64,000 nucleotides of DNA from Macrostomum lignano (lineage: Eukaryota), in assembly GCA_002269645.1 (NCBI GenBank), contig NIVC01000108.1, forward strand, positions 1-64,000, in the 5' to 3' direction. The first letter of the stretch is position 1. The number at the start of each line of letters is the position of its first letter. Of this stretch, positions 24,422 to 38,023 are shown piece by piece. Position numbers and translations under genes: made by a program. A model generated the notes under the pieces. The model did no database searches. It had not been told where the DNA came from and was given only the letters and a program-made list of their open reading frames with translations.

Positions 24422-27400
24422 TTGGCTGCTGGTTTGCTCTGCCCTGCTGCTGCTTGTGCTGCTGCAGGTCGGCCCACAGCTGAACATGCTGATCCGGCCG
24501 GTCCTTGCAGGCCACGGTGAGCCGGATGTTGGGGTTGGTCCGCTCGCCGTGGCTCAGGTTGAGAATGGCGGTGCCGCTCACCAGGCAGCAGCCGTCGACG
24601 CCGCGGATTTTGATGCCGCCTTCGAAGGGCTCGTCAAGGAGAAGCTCCAGCTCCGGGTCGCTTTCGCGCACGCCTGGCGGGAAAAGGGCGCAGAGAATAT
24701 GGTCTGGGGCAGCTCTGTGTGCAAGGAGGAGCAGTGCATAACACACTGAGGGAGCAGTGCATAACACACTGAGGAGGCAGTGCATAACACACTGAGGGCG
24801 CAGTGCATAACACCGAGGGAGCAGCGCATAACACACTGATCAGAGGGAGCAGTGCATAACACACTGAGGGAGCAGTGCATAACACACTGAGGGCGCAGTG
24901 CATAACACACTGAGGGCGCAGTGCATAACACACTGAGGAGGCAGTGCATAACACATTTGCAGTTACTAAGGATGCTCACAGGCCCGGATACCGATGATGG
25001 TTCCCAGACTGTCAAGCGGCGGGCCCGTCCCCGGCCGGCAGAGGACCACGCGGTCCTTGAGGCGGTGGACAGCGGCCGGGTCGGGCTGGCAGTGCTTGGT
25101 GTCGGACTGGCAGCGGTACAGGTGGCCAGCCGGGATCTCCGTGGCGGACACGTCCGGCTTGGGCAGTTTGGGCAGCTGGGAGTCCAGAGCCTGGCGGATG
25201 AGGCTGACGGAGCGCCCAGACAGGATGCTGCTGCCGACAGGCACCCGCTCGGCTCCGTAGCACGGCAGGCTGCGCAGGAACTCCGTCAGGCGCTCAACAG
25301 GCGGCTCGGCCCCGCCCCAGATCTGCTCGGCTGACAGGTCGCCAGTGTCCGAGCCGTGCTTGCCTGCCAGACAGCGGAACAGCTCGGGAAATTCAGCGGC
25401 ATAGTCGCACAGCACCTGGGCCAGCGACGGCGAGTACTGCCAGCCAATGGAGGCGTCCTTGCGGGTCCAGCCGGCCACCTCCTGTCCGGGGGGGGGGTGA
25501 GTTTTTTGCATAGTTACTATATAGGTCTTAATTTCCAGCCCAGGTAGGAAGAAAAGCCCGGACTCACCTGCTCAGCCCGGTTGAACTTCAGCTCCAGTCC
25601 GATGTTCAGCCGGCGGCTGCGGGTGTCCGTCGCCGACGAGCTGACGTTGGCGTCCAGGTCTGATGGCGAAAGCGGCTTCTTCGGCTGCTGCGGCAGAGAG
25701 ACCAGCACCGTGCCGGTGATGCGGGACACCAGGTGGCCGGAGAAGCCTGCGGGTTGTTTGTGGGAACAGGGGCGGATTCCATTGGGTTCGGTTGGAACAG
25801 GGGCGGATTCCATTGGGTTCGGTTAGAACAGGGGCGGATTCCATTGGGTTCGGTTGGAACAGGGGCGGATTCCATTGGGTTCGGTTGGAACAGGGGCGGA
25901 TTCCATTGGGGTTTGGTTGGAACAGGGGCGGATTCTATTGGGTTCGGTTGGAACAGGGGCGGATTCCATTGGGTTCGGTTGGAATAAGGGCGGATTCCAT
26001 TGGGTTCGGTTGGAACAGGGGCGGATTCCATTGGGTTTGGTTGGAACAGGGGCGGATTCCATTGGGTTCGGTTGGAACAGGGGCGGATTCCATTGGGTTC
26101 GGTTGGAACAGGGGCGGATTCCATTAGGTTCGGTTGGAACAGGGGCGGATTCCATTGGGTTCGGTTGGAACAGGGGCGGATTCCATTGGGTTCGGTTGGA
26201 ACAGGGGCGGATTCCATTAGGTTCGGTTGGAACAGGGGCGGATTCCATTAGGTTTGGTTGGAACAGGGGCGGATTCTGAGAAAATTTTGAGGCGCACCTG
26301 TTCTCTGAGCCAGGGCCTGGGCAGACAGGAAGCAGTCCTCAGAGTCCACCACGCTGAGGTCGGGCTGCCGCCTCACCCTGAGCTGCAGGCGCACCTTGGT
26401 CTGCTTGAAGCCCAGCACCGGGCCGCTCATGCCGTACCAGTTGCCCTTGGCAACGAACGCCAACTCGCCAACCGGCAGCACGTCCTCCATGCGCAGGGCG
26501 GGCCCGGACTCCGGCACCGGCTCTGGCAGGCAGCGCTGCAGCACGAAGGGCAGCGCACCCTGCGACCACTGGGCCGCTTGCGGGCGGTGCCGTCCCGGTC
26601 GAAGTCCAGCACACGGCCCAGCAGCGTCTTGGCGGTCAGCAGACAGGGCGTCTCGTCTGGAGCGGGGAAGGGGCAGCTGTGAGCACACTGGGGATTTGGG
26701 GCAGCTGTGAGCACACTTGGGATTTGAGGCAGCTGTGAGTACACTGGGGATTTGGGACAGCTGTGAGCACACTGGGGATTTGGGACAGCTGTGAGCACAC
26801 TGAGGATTTGGGACAGCTGTGAGCACACTGGGGATTTGGGACAGCTGTGAGCACACTGGGGATTTGAGGCAGCTTTGAGCACACTGGGGATTTGGGACAG
26901 CTGTGAGCACACTGAGGATTTGGGACAGCTGTGAGCACACTGGGGATTTGGGACAGCTGTGAGCACACTGGGGATTTGAGGCAGCTTTGAGCACACTGGG
27001 GATTTGGGACAGCTGTGAGCACACTTGGGATTTGAGGCAGCTGTGAGCACACTTGGGATTTGAGGCAGCTGTGAGCACACTGGGGATTTGAGGCAGCTGT
27101 GAGCACACTTGGGATTTGAGGCAGCTGTGAGCACACTGGGGATTTGAGGCAGCTGTAGATAGCAAGATCCCAGGCACTCACCGCCAACGGAGATGCCGTA
27201 CCGGTTCCAAGACTCCTGCCGCACCAGATCCCACTGGCTCTTCATGAGTGCTGCGTCCCTGTCGGAGAGCTGCTCGCACTGGATGGCGCCGTCCGGGCCG
27301 AGCGTGTAGCGCCGGGTGGTTGAGCTGACGGCCACCGCGTGCACCTCGCTGAGGTGCGGCCAGCCGGCCAGCACAGTTTTGCCCAGCAGGGCGGCGGCCG

Positions 27401-30400
27401 CCCGCTGCACCCGGTCTTCGTCAAACTCGCAGTCAGTGAGGGTGAGCACGGTGTTCTCGCCCCGGCTGGCGAACTGGAACACCTTCACGCCGGCTTTGCG
27501 CAGCTCGGCGGTGAACGGCAGGCCGCGCAGCACGGGAAAGCCGGGCAGGTGGGCGGCGCGGCACACGGGCGGCGCCAGTTTGTCGGCGCTAATCCGGAAA
27601 CCAAACGGCTCGATCTCGGTGCGCCTGCAGTTGCGGCTGGCCGGGTCCCACTGGAACAGCAGGTGCGGCCGGAAGCAGTTCCTGGCCCGCTCCTCCTCGG
27701 TGAGCTGCGGCAGGCGGGGCCGCATGGCCGCCAGCAGCTCGTCCTCGTCAATGAATGGGATCAGCACCACGGCCTCCCAGTCCTGCTTCTTGCCGTTCAG
27801 GTCGGTCTCGAACTCGGCCGGGTAGAACTGCTGCACGGGCGAGTCGACCGAGTCCATGAGCGGCCGGAGGCAGTCGGGCAGCAGGGGGCCGCTGGCCGCG
27901 GGCAGGACGGCCATGAGCTGCTGGAAGGGCAGAAACGGGTGGCCGAGGTCGAACTGCAGGTCCAGGTCCGCGAAGTCGCGCACGTCCGAGATGTAGCTGA
28001 AGATCGGTGGGTTGGGGGAAGCTCTTTGGGGTCTGGAATTTAAAAACCACCGAGCCATGTAAAACATGTCCACCCGGATCCTCTACCCGAATCTTTCAAC
28101 AGGATCCTCCACCCGGATTATTTACCAGGATCTTTCAACAGGATCCTCCAGCCGGATCCTCTACCAGGATCTTTCAACAGGATCCTCCAGCCGGATCCTC
28201 TACCAGGATCTTTCAACAGGATCCTCCAGCCGGATCCTCTACCAGGATCTTTCAACAGGATCCTCCAGCCGGATCCTCTACCAGGATCTTTCAACAGGAT
28301 CCTCCACCCGGATTATTTACCAGGATCTTTCAACAGGATCCTCCAGCCGGATCCTCTACCAGGATCTTTCAACAGGATCCTCCAGCCGGATCCTCTACCA
28401 GGATCTTTCAACAGGATCCTCCACCCGGATTATTTACCAGGATCTTTCAACAGGATCCTCCAGCCGGATCCTCTACCAGGATCTTTCAACAGGATCCTCC
28501 ACCCGGATTATTTACCAGGATCTTTCAACAGGATCCTCCAGCCGGATCCTCTACCAGGATCTTTCAACAGGATCCTCCAGCCGGATCCTCTACCAGGATC
28601 TTTCAACAGGATCCTCCACCCGGATTATTTACCAGGATCCTTCAACAGGATCCTCCAGCCGGATCCTCTACCAGGATCTTTCAACAGGATCCTCCAGCCG
28701 GATCCTCTACCAGGATCTTTCAACAGGATCCTCCACCCGGATTATTTACCAGGATCTTTCAACAGGATCCTCCACCCGGATTATTTACCAGGATCTTTCA
28801 ACAGGATCCTCCAGCCGGATCCTCTACCAGGATCTTTCAACAGGATCCTCCAGCCGGATCCTCTACCAGGATCTTCCAACAGGATCCTCCACCCAGATCC
28901 TCCACCCGGATCTTTCAACAGGATCCTCCACCCAGATCCTCCACCCGGATCTTTCAACAGGATCCTCCACCCGGATCTTCCACCACCACCAGGATACTAA
29001 ACCAGGATATTTCACTCGGATCTTCCAGACGGATCCTCCACCAGGATCCTCTACCAGGATCTTCCATTCATGATCCTTCACAAGGAAACTTCCTAAACAC
29101 TGGACCCGGATCACCGTAACCCGGTCAATTTCTAAGCGAGGGACCTTTTAAAACCTTTTTACACATACTACAAAGAGATTAGCTCGATAGTGTTCTCTTG
29201 CTACTATTAGTAGGCGATATCTAATAGGCCAGCTACACAAAATAGCAGAGAGCCACTCACGGAGCGTAGTGCTGCGGGTAGAACCAGCCCCACGAAGGCA
29301 CGCCCCTGTAGTAATAGTACAGCACCCACTGCAGGCCGCGCACGTACTCTCGGGTCTGCCGACGGCGCTCTGTCTCGTCGAATTGCAGGCCCATCTTGCC
29401 CTGCACGAATTGAGAAAACATGATATCATGAATTTAGTTCGCACAAGTCTACTTACAGTAGAAACATAGGGATTTCACTATCGGAACTACACTGACCTGA
29501 TAGTACTCCTGCTTCATCATCTGCATCTCGTCGGCGAGGAAATCATCCTCACTGGTGGAGTCCGAGTCCTCGGTCCCGGCGCTGTTGCCGCTGGCCCCGT
29601 CGGCCAGGAGGTTGTCCAGCAGGTCGGGCGGCTGGCCGAGCCGCTCCAGCTCACGCGCCATCCGCTCACCTTGGCGGCCCTTCATCCAGCGCATGTCGCT
29701 GCACTTCTCGCGCAGGGTGTCATCGTCGAACTGGGCCAGGGTGGCGAAGTAGGCCTGGGGGGCGGCGGGAGGTGGGGAGACTGAGGACTGCCGCACTTCA
29801 GGTATCGGGACTTCTGTCTGGCTGCAGTGTGACAGGGAATTCTATCTGGCTATAGAGCAGGGGAATTCTATGTTGGTTATAGGATAGGGGAATTCTAAAA
29901 TGTTGGTGTAGCACAGGGGAATTCCATAATGCTAATGAAGGACAGGGGAATTCTAAAATGCTAATGTAGGACAGGGGAATCCTATAATGCTAATGTAGAC
30001 CAGGGGAATCCTATAATGCTTATGTAGGACAAGGGAATTCTATTATGCTAATGTAGGACAGGTGAATTCTAAAATGCTAATGTAGGACAGGGGAATTCTA
30101 AAATGCTAATGTAGGACAGGGGAATTCTAAAATGCTAATGTAGGACAGGGGAATTCTATAATGCTAATGTAGGACAGGGGAATCGGACATACTAAACATG
30201 TCTCTCTACTTTCCCACCAATCAAAAGCAGTTGCGCACCTGCAGCCGGTGCAGGGCAATTTCTCCATTGCACTGCAGGTAGCCATCTAAAGTGGGAAGCA
30301 CTTTCTTGTAGGTGTTCCACAGCATCGGCAGGGCCTCTGAATGGATGTGCAGATCCGGAAGGTGAGGCAGGAAGTCGTTGCCAACCAGGAAGCCGAGCAG

Positions 30401-33400
30401 CACCCAGTCGTCGATGATTCGCTCGAGATCGTAGCCGAATTTGAGGTCGGCTCGGAGGCTGCGAAACTCGATGTCGATGTAGTCGCGTAGCAGTGACAGG
30501 TGCAGCAGGAAGAAGGTGATGGTCTCCGGGGCGCTGGCCTTGCCGTGAGACTTCTTGTCCTTTTTGCCGCCGAACCGAACCTGCAGAGGAGAGAGCGATC
30601 TTTCTTAGGTATTTGTAAATTGAATTCTCTGAAATACTCTATTTACTTTGCTTACTACTCATCGCCAGTTGTCAGTAGCCTGCTAAGGATATAAAAATTT
30701 ATTTTAAGAGACTCGAAATTTGAAGTGAGAAGTGAGTGATAGAACCCACTTGCTCCTAGACTCTGCTTTAGCCTACTTTTAGACATATTTAGCGCGAATT
30801 ACTATCGACTTTTCCGATGAGAAATCAGACCTGTCAGTTATGGCCATAGACTAAGCTCTTAAAGCACCGAAACAATGAAAACACTCGAGTTGAAGTTGCA
30901 CATCTAGGGGCGTCTACAGAATTCTGAAGTACACGAATTGCCTACTGCTCACCTCCTCTCTGAGCAGCGAGAAGTGCGCCTGATGGCTGGCCAGGCCCAG
31001 CATGATGAGGTCAGCGTCCAGGCCGTACAGGCAGTGCCGGGTGTCGGGTCATAGTCCGGCAGGCTGCGCTCATAGCGAATGAACTCCATGATCTTGTGCT
31101 CACCCTCGCCGGGAGTCTGGTGGCCAGACAGCACAACCCGGATACCCCGCCACAGCGGGTCCTCGGCCACCTTGCGCTGGGCAAACTCGGTCAGGGCGTC
31201 CTGCAGGCGGGCCATGAATGGCGTGCCTGGCGTGATGCAGTTCGAGTCGAAGCGGGACTCGGACGGCAGCGTCTCGCCTTTGCGGATGGCCCGCGCCTCC
31301 TGCGACTCGGCCTCCTTGGCTGAGCGGAACCGGCGGGACCGCTGCTGGTTCATCTTGGCTCTGGGGGCGAGCGGGGGGAGAAACTTGGGATTCTTTGACA
31401 GACATGGGATATTGGGATCAGCTGACAGATATGGGATATTGGGATCAGCTGACAGACATGGGATATTGGGATCAGCTGACAAATATGGGATATTGGGATC
31501 AGCTGACAGATATGGGATATTGGGATCAGCTGACAGACATGGGATATTGGGATCAGCTGACAGATATGGGATATTGGGATCAGCTGACAGACATGGGATA
31601 TTGGGATCAGCTGACAGATATGGGATATTGGGATCAGCTGACAGACATGGGATTTTGGGATCAGCTGACAAGCATGGGATATTGGGATCAGCTGACAGAC
31701 ATGGGATTTTGGGATCAGCTGACCCCCATGGGATATTGGGATCAGCTGACAGACATAGGGATCTTAGAACAAACTGAGAGAAATGGGATCTTGGGATCAG
31801 GAACATGGGGATCTTCCACGTTGCATATAAAGCAGCAAACACAAAAAATTACCTGGGAGCAACGCCATCAACGGCCATGAAGAACACTTTTTTAGGCTTG
31901 ATCATGCGAAAGATGAAATCTACATAGTTCATCACATTCTTGAACATCTGCTCCTCGGACATGCGGAAGTGAATATTGTCATCCTCGGGATGCGAGCACG
32001 GGTGAATGATGCCGTTCATGTCCAGGTAGAGATTGTCAAACTCCGGGATCTGAGCAGTTAATGTGGTTTAAAATAGCTAATTTTTTACTCATGACCACTT
32101 GAGCAATACAAGACAATAAAATATCAATCAGTTTTTCAAATATGCTGCTTTATTGCCTTAATATCATCATATTGGCAATGACAAGACAAAGTTGTTATCA
32201 AATATTAAGTGCTACTGCTAGTAGCTATAAATATATTTTAAAGTGTTGGCAAGCACCCTGAAACAAAGACATTATTCCATAACTAGTCTAAGGCCAATTT
32301 TGCCCATACGAGCACATAAAAGTATGTGGTTATTATATCCTGGCCAGCACTTATCCACACTCATATAGGGTATACAATGGCCCTGACACCCCCCTTAGAC
32401 AAAGACTAGAAAAAATCAAAGGGGAGACCAAGCAAATTTTTACAAAAAAAAACAAAGCTACCTCTTTGCCTCCTTTTCAAGTCTTTACCTTCCAGAATCA
32501 GCTTCTAGTCAATTCAACAACAAGCCAATTTGGCAACAACCAATTTGGTGACAAGTTGGTTTGGCGACAACCAATTTGGCGAATGCTAAAACCTAAAGCA
32601 TTAAGCTACTACAACTCATTGAATTCTAAATATGTATATATAAACACTGCCTTTTGCCTTTACCATTCTATGCTTAGGTGCAACCTAGGGATTCACCCAG
32701 CCATTTCTATTAGCAACACATAAGTAAATTGCTATTGAACAAAATAGTAGTCATGTGACTACTCTTAGCTAATAGTGACTTACATGTATATATTGTCAAT
32801 AGAAATGGCAAAATGATTCCCAAGGTTACATATGTATATGCCATTAAATATAGAAGAAATGTTTTTATCATGTCAAATTGTATGTTTTCAAAAATATATA
32901 TAACATTTTATACTTTCTATAGAGATAGGGTGCTGATCATTTTGGCAAAAGACCATTTTGGAGAATCTATTTTAGCAAATAAAATGACCATTTTGGCAAA
33001 GCCTATGGAGCTTAACAAAACATTTGTTTAACAAAACAAGACAATGAAATGCTAGCATAAGTTTATCTCTAATAGAGAAATTAATATCCATTTCTTATAA
33101 TTAAGTGATAATAAGAGTGGACTGACTATATTATATGTTAAGAAATAACATATAATATAACATATTATAACAAAGGCAAAGGCATTATAACATATAACAA
33201 AGGCAATAAAAGTTGTAATAATTTTGAGCACATAATTTTGAGTTGTAGCTAGTAATTCAATACTTTTAATTTAATATTCAATTAAATAAAGGTAAATAAA
33301 CTATATTAAATATTTTGTTTGCTGAAGTAGTCATTGCATTTGCCAAAGTAGATTCTTCAAAATGGTCTTTCATTAAAGTGGGCTTTGCAGATGTAGGCTT

Positions 33401-34607
33401 TTGCTGAAATGGACTGAAACCACAGAGACATAGGCACTAGCATATGCTGGGGGATACATGGCCATGTATACTATTTTCCTATCTGACCCAACATATTAGC
33501 CATAGTGTGGATCATGCTAAGTGCACGCGAGAAATGACCCAAAGCTAATTCCCAAAAGCACGCCGACGACAAGCGAATGCACACCGATGCATGCCAATAA
33601 ATTAAAATTCAAATTGAAGACAAAAAACGTATTTTAAATTGCATTGTATAAAACAAAGCAACAAATGACGTACAAAAGAAATGATATATCTTTAAAAACA
33701 TGTATTTTTTCATACAATAATTCATTTAACAGTCTTATACACTGTTTATTTACAATAGTTTTTTTCAAAAGTTAAATACAATAATACGTATATTATGTCT
33801 GCTTACCATTGCATTGGCAGCTTTGCCACATCAGGTGCCAGGCACGCGGCACGCGGCGCATGCCAGGCACGCCAGTATATTTATGTAGTGTGCATTATGC
33901 ACGCCAAATGCATGCCACTTACCTAATTGCACGCCGGTGCACACCACTTTTGAAAATGCACGCGGGAAAATTCTCGCGTGCACTACATGATCTACACTAT
34001 GGCATATTAGGCTTAAATACTTTGACGGTTATTTAGCATTTGTTGAGAAAAAAATGCCACTAAATTACTACTGATTGCTAGCAACTTGCTGGTGGCTTTC
34101 TGAGAGGGACATTTTGTGCTTGTTACTTGTATCTCAACATTAGTTTTACTAAAATACATTTTACATTTAAAACTGACAAAAGGCATGTTGCCAAATTGAC
34201 TATCACTGAATTGATTTGTCACCAAATTAACTGGTTCCCTTAGAATCTGCCCCCCCCCCTCAAAAAACTTTTGGTTGTGCTACTGCTTTGAGCTACCTAT
34301 AATGGTATCAAAATCCTGGTAGTAGAAGTAAAAATTATTAGCCTAGGCCTAATCAAAAAAAGTAGGCCTAATACATCATATTTGTTTTATGAATAATGCA
34401 TCAGCTATAAGTACATTTTTGCAAGTATGTAGACCTAAATAATAATACTAATATGATCCTAAAAGCCAAAAATATTTATATTAATAAAACAAAATATTTG
34501 TACAAAAACTGAAGTCAGAGACTCAAAAATACCTCATGTTCTCGAACAATTTCTGACAGACATGGATATCGCTCGCTTATCCATCTGAAAAACTTGGGCA
34601 CACCCAT
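21501..34607 (-). CDS. XRN1: 5'-3' exoribonuclease 1, 12 exons, about 1478 aa once two 1-bp deletions are corrected
   Basis: Exons 34533-34607, 31853-32049, 30953-31360, 30239-30580, 29497-29754, 29261-29400, 27182-27996, 26298-26656, 25568-25746, 24980-25481, 24114-24673 and 21501-22100. Motifs: [99 protein letters not shown]. Frameshifts at about 31044 and 26577. Confidence 0.95.
22190..23985. repeat. 26-bp satellite grading into a 52-bp dimer, XRN1 intron 11
   Basis: Monomer ACCTGTGAGTGTGGGACCAGTACTGT. From about 22800 it alternates with ACTTGTGAATTTGGGATCAGTACTGC. Confidence 0.95.
24725..31760. repeat. Private minisatellites in XRN1 introns: 23-bp (24725-24960), 31-bp (25760-26275), 28-bp (26670-27155), 39-bp (28070-29110), 29-bp (29840-30182) and 27-bp (31395-31760)
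   Basis: Each array has a different unit and lies wholly within one intron. Confidence 0.93.
33499..34003. mobile_element. MITE with terminal inverted repeats (TIRs) of about 35 bp
   Basis: GCCATAGTGTGGATCATGCTAAGTGCACGCGAGAA versus the reverse complement of the right end GCCATAGTGTAGATCATGTAGTGCACGCGAGAA. ATATTA flanks both sides. Confidence 0.75.
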
Positions 34608-35286
34608 GATTCAAAATTTAAACTCTGTTTGTTGTTGAATTAAAAAGCAGCAATCAAGTTGAAGACTTTGTGAGCAGTCCTATGCCAGGTTCAGGTAAAA
34701 CTACAGCAAGTAAAATCGTAATAAGATAAATAATATCTTTAACGCCTCAACCTGTACGAAAATTATTTAAAATTGATGTAATCAAAAGCGAAAAGATATC
34801 TGCGTAGACAACGCTTTAGAAACAAATGTTTAAAAATAAAAATTGTGCAGAGTACTAAAAAACCATAATTTTACTTATTTTGCCCAAAAATAAATTTTGC
34901 AGAAAGGCAGTGTTAAAAATGTGCCAGTCTTTACATAAAGTAAAACAAGTGTTAAATGCTAAGTAGTGTATACTTTAGTTTTATTACTTTTTAGTATAAG
35001 AATTACTTTAAAAAATTCTACTGAACAATACTTGCAGAACTCTTACTCTTTATGTTGACTATTACTTAACTTTCTTGGAAAAGTATTTTCGAAAACAATA
35101 CACTACGGAGATAGGGAGTTTTATTTTTTTCAGCACAAAAATGGTTACTGATTCCGATAAGAGGCCGACCCAGTGTTTATCCTTTGATATGTTGTGCCTT
35201 TCATATAGCTCAATTGATATTCAAAAATCTTTTCGTTCAGAATATTAAGATTCTATGTTTATTTTATAGGCCCCCTATCCAATTCC

Positions 35287-35696
35287 GGCAATGTCCTAGT
35301 TTCCCGCGTTAAATTATTTTGACCCGATTTTTGTCGTTTTCAGCACAAATCATGGCTGGATGACCTCGAGCACTGCAAATATCATACCTCCTGCTAATTT
35401 GCAGCCATCAACTGACCTCTGTGACATTGAGATCAGTCACTGCGATCTGGTGCTGTTGACACTTGACAGTTGATGCTGAGTCGACTATGCATTGGCTGGC
35501 AACCTATCATCTAATAGCAAACTCATGGAACTGCAGCCACCGTCAGGAAGCTTTCTGTACTGGCTGACACATTACTACACCGTGTAATACTCCTTTTAAG
35601 ACCTAAGACTCATTTTAAACTTAATAAACTTGCTTTTGTTTGTTCATTTTAAATTTCAGGTCAAAATAATTTAATGGGTGAAACTAGGACATTGCC
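35287..35696. mobile_element. MITE, 17-bp TIR, 8-bp target-site duplication (TSD)
   Basis: GGCAATGTCCTAGTTTC ... GAAACTAGGACATTGCC. TSD CCAATTCC at 35279-35286 and 35697-35704. Confidence 0.85.
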
Positions 35697-36029
35697 CCAA
35701 TTCCTTACATAACAAAAACATACAATTCTACATGTCCTGTGCCTAAAAACTATTAAAATGGCACAGCTTGGCTTGTTTGGTTTTAGGAATCTATTTATCA
35801 TTATGAGCTGACTGTTTGATGTTTAATAATATATATAATAGGGACAACTAAAACTACCAGGACGTGAAACAAGCCATATCATGGCAAAAAGTTTGTTCAT
35901 TCTTCTATGGTCCTATAGCTGAGATACTTTAATTAGATTGAAAAATAAAATTAGAATTGGTGCAGAAATGTCGTGAAATTTTTTCTTATATAACTAGCAA
36001 GTCGTAGTAGAACCCTTGCTGTACCTGTA

Positions 36030-36327
36030 CATACATGTGCAACCTCCAAAATTCGGTCAGCCGTGCGACTTAGTTTTAACAAAAATGCGACGTAGTTTTT
36101 GGCCAAAAATGCGACTTACATATAAAAAAACCCGAAAGCAAAATTAACGCAACTTTGGGTAAACGGCAGGAGTAACTATGACTGTTTTATTAAGCTGAAA
36201 TGCCTCGTCAGCTACTTAGTACTACTCTTCAGGTTATTTTTTGGGTGGGCATTTTTGCGACTTCCTTGATTGGCCGCCAAATTGGTCGGCCGGATCGGCC
36301 GACCCGGCCGACTGTTGCGCATGTATG
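36030..36327. mobile_element. hAT-like MITE (CATACATG family)
   Basis: CATACATGTGCAAC ... GTTGCGCATGTATG. 8-bp TSD TACCTGTA. Confidence 0.85.
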
Positions 36328-37143
36328 TACCTGTACAGAGCCAAATGTGTTTTATTAAAATTCTGAATAGGCCCTAATATAAACAAAATGGTGTACAATA
36401 GTACAATACTTGTGGCGAATGGTCATAACAAAGTATAAAAGAACAAAGACATAAAAAAGAATAAAAACTTATAAGAAAAAGTGGTATATGTATGTTTGAA
36501 GCAAGGCAACTTTTAACAAGTGCCTTACCAAGCCTTTAAAAATGTTTATAAATCTTTGAGTGACATTATCGATAGTAGTAGACTTCTTTTTAGTGGGAAG
36601 GTAAGCCTTAGTACTTGCCAAGAGAAAAGAATAATTTTTGCACATGAGTCGCGTGTGTTGGTAAGTAAATAATAAAGTAGCTATAACATAAATATAAAAA
36701 ATTGAATAGCCATTGATAATTTGACAAAGATGACACCGTTTTCCATAGGCCCCCTATGATACTTTTTCTATAAATTCCCTTGCAAGAATGCTCTTATCAA
36801 AAATAATATCTATTCCATTGATGATTGATACCCTCCTTTGCAGTTGCATGTCTTTTAATAGCAAAAGAGTTATTTTTCAAAATTGAAACCATTTTACATG
36901 GGAGCCTCTATAGGCCAATGGTTCTTATAAATGCTCATATGCACTGTTATGATCTAAAATAATTATTTTAGTCAATTTTGAGGAAACAATTGCATAATGC
37001 TTTGAAATTGACTGGGAGATTTATCTCAATAAAATTTGGCAATGCCATTTTCTGACGCTTATATGAATTGGGCTTAGTTGGAAAAGAAAAGATTCTTGTT
37101 CATTTAGTTTTAGAGTTATAGTTTGATCTGCATCCCCAGATGC

Positions 37144-38023
37144 TAGAGCTCGAACGGGATCCCAATCTCAAATTCTTGGGATCCCGAAGATTTTTCGGGA
37201 ATTCGGGATCGGGATCCCGAAGGCTTAGAGAACTCGGGATTCGGGAGCACAATAGATTAATAATGAAGATGATGCTTTCAACAATCAAGAGCAGTAATCA
37301 ATACTAAGCTAATTTTTGTAACAGCAACTATAAATATGTTGAAAGTCTGACCTTGAATTCACTAAATAAAGCAGCAGATTTTTACTTAGTAACAGATTTG
37401 TAAAGAGTTGTACTCGTAAATAACGAACTAACGAGTAGGCCTAATGATAGTTTGTTAGGAATAAACAAATTTAATGCTTGTTAGTTGTTCCTACGATTCC
37501 TATGACAGAAACTAAAGTGTCTATAGAAGTGTCTGAATAAGTGTCGGCAAATGTTTAATATGTTTTTCATGAAGAGATTCCAGAAACAGAATTTTACAAG
37601 AAAAAAGCAGTATAACTAATGCAATTCAATATTACATTAATGCAGAACAGTCGCCTTTCGTGCAATTTTTAGCCACCTTGTAACTCTTACTTTCAGAAAA
37701 AGTCTACAATGGCTCTTGATTCCTTTTTATTTAGGCGCTCGAAAGTTAGCTATACTTTGCAAAAAGGGTCTGGATCAAGAATTGACAATTAGTATTGACT
37801 ATTAGGGCATTAGGCTAGAGCTATTAGATCAACCATCAAGGCTGAATAGCATAGATAGTCAGATAAAACTATCCTTGAATCCTTGATTCATTAGTTAGTA
37901 TGTAATATATTCCCAGATCCTGGATTCCCAAATCCTGAATACTAATCCCGAATCCCAATCCCGAAATTATTTTCAATCCCAATCCCGCCCGATCCCGAAA
38001 ATTCTGCTCCCGTTTGAGCTCTA
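37144..38023. mobile_element. hAT-like MITE (880 bp)
   Basis: TAGAGCTCGAACGGGA ... TCCCGTTTGAGCTCTA. 8-bp TSD CCAGATGC. Subterminal GGGAT/ATCCC repeats. Confidence 0.88.

Noticed and set aside
26574-31047. Programmed frameshifting or tiny introns to explain the XRN1 frame breaks
   Set aside because: There is no slippery heptamer and no GT-AG pair that restores the frame. Simple 1-bp loss explains both breaks.
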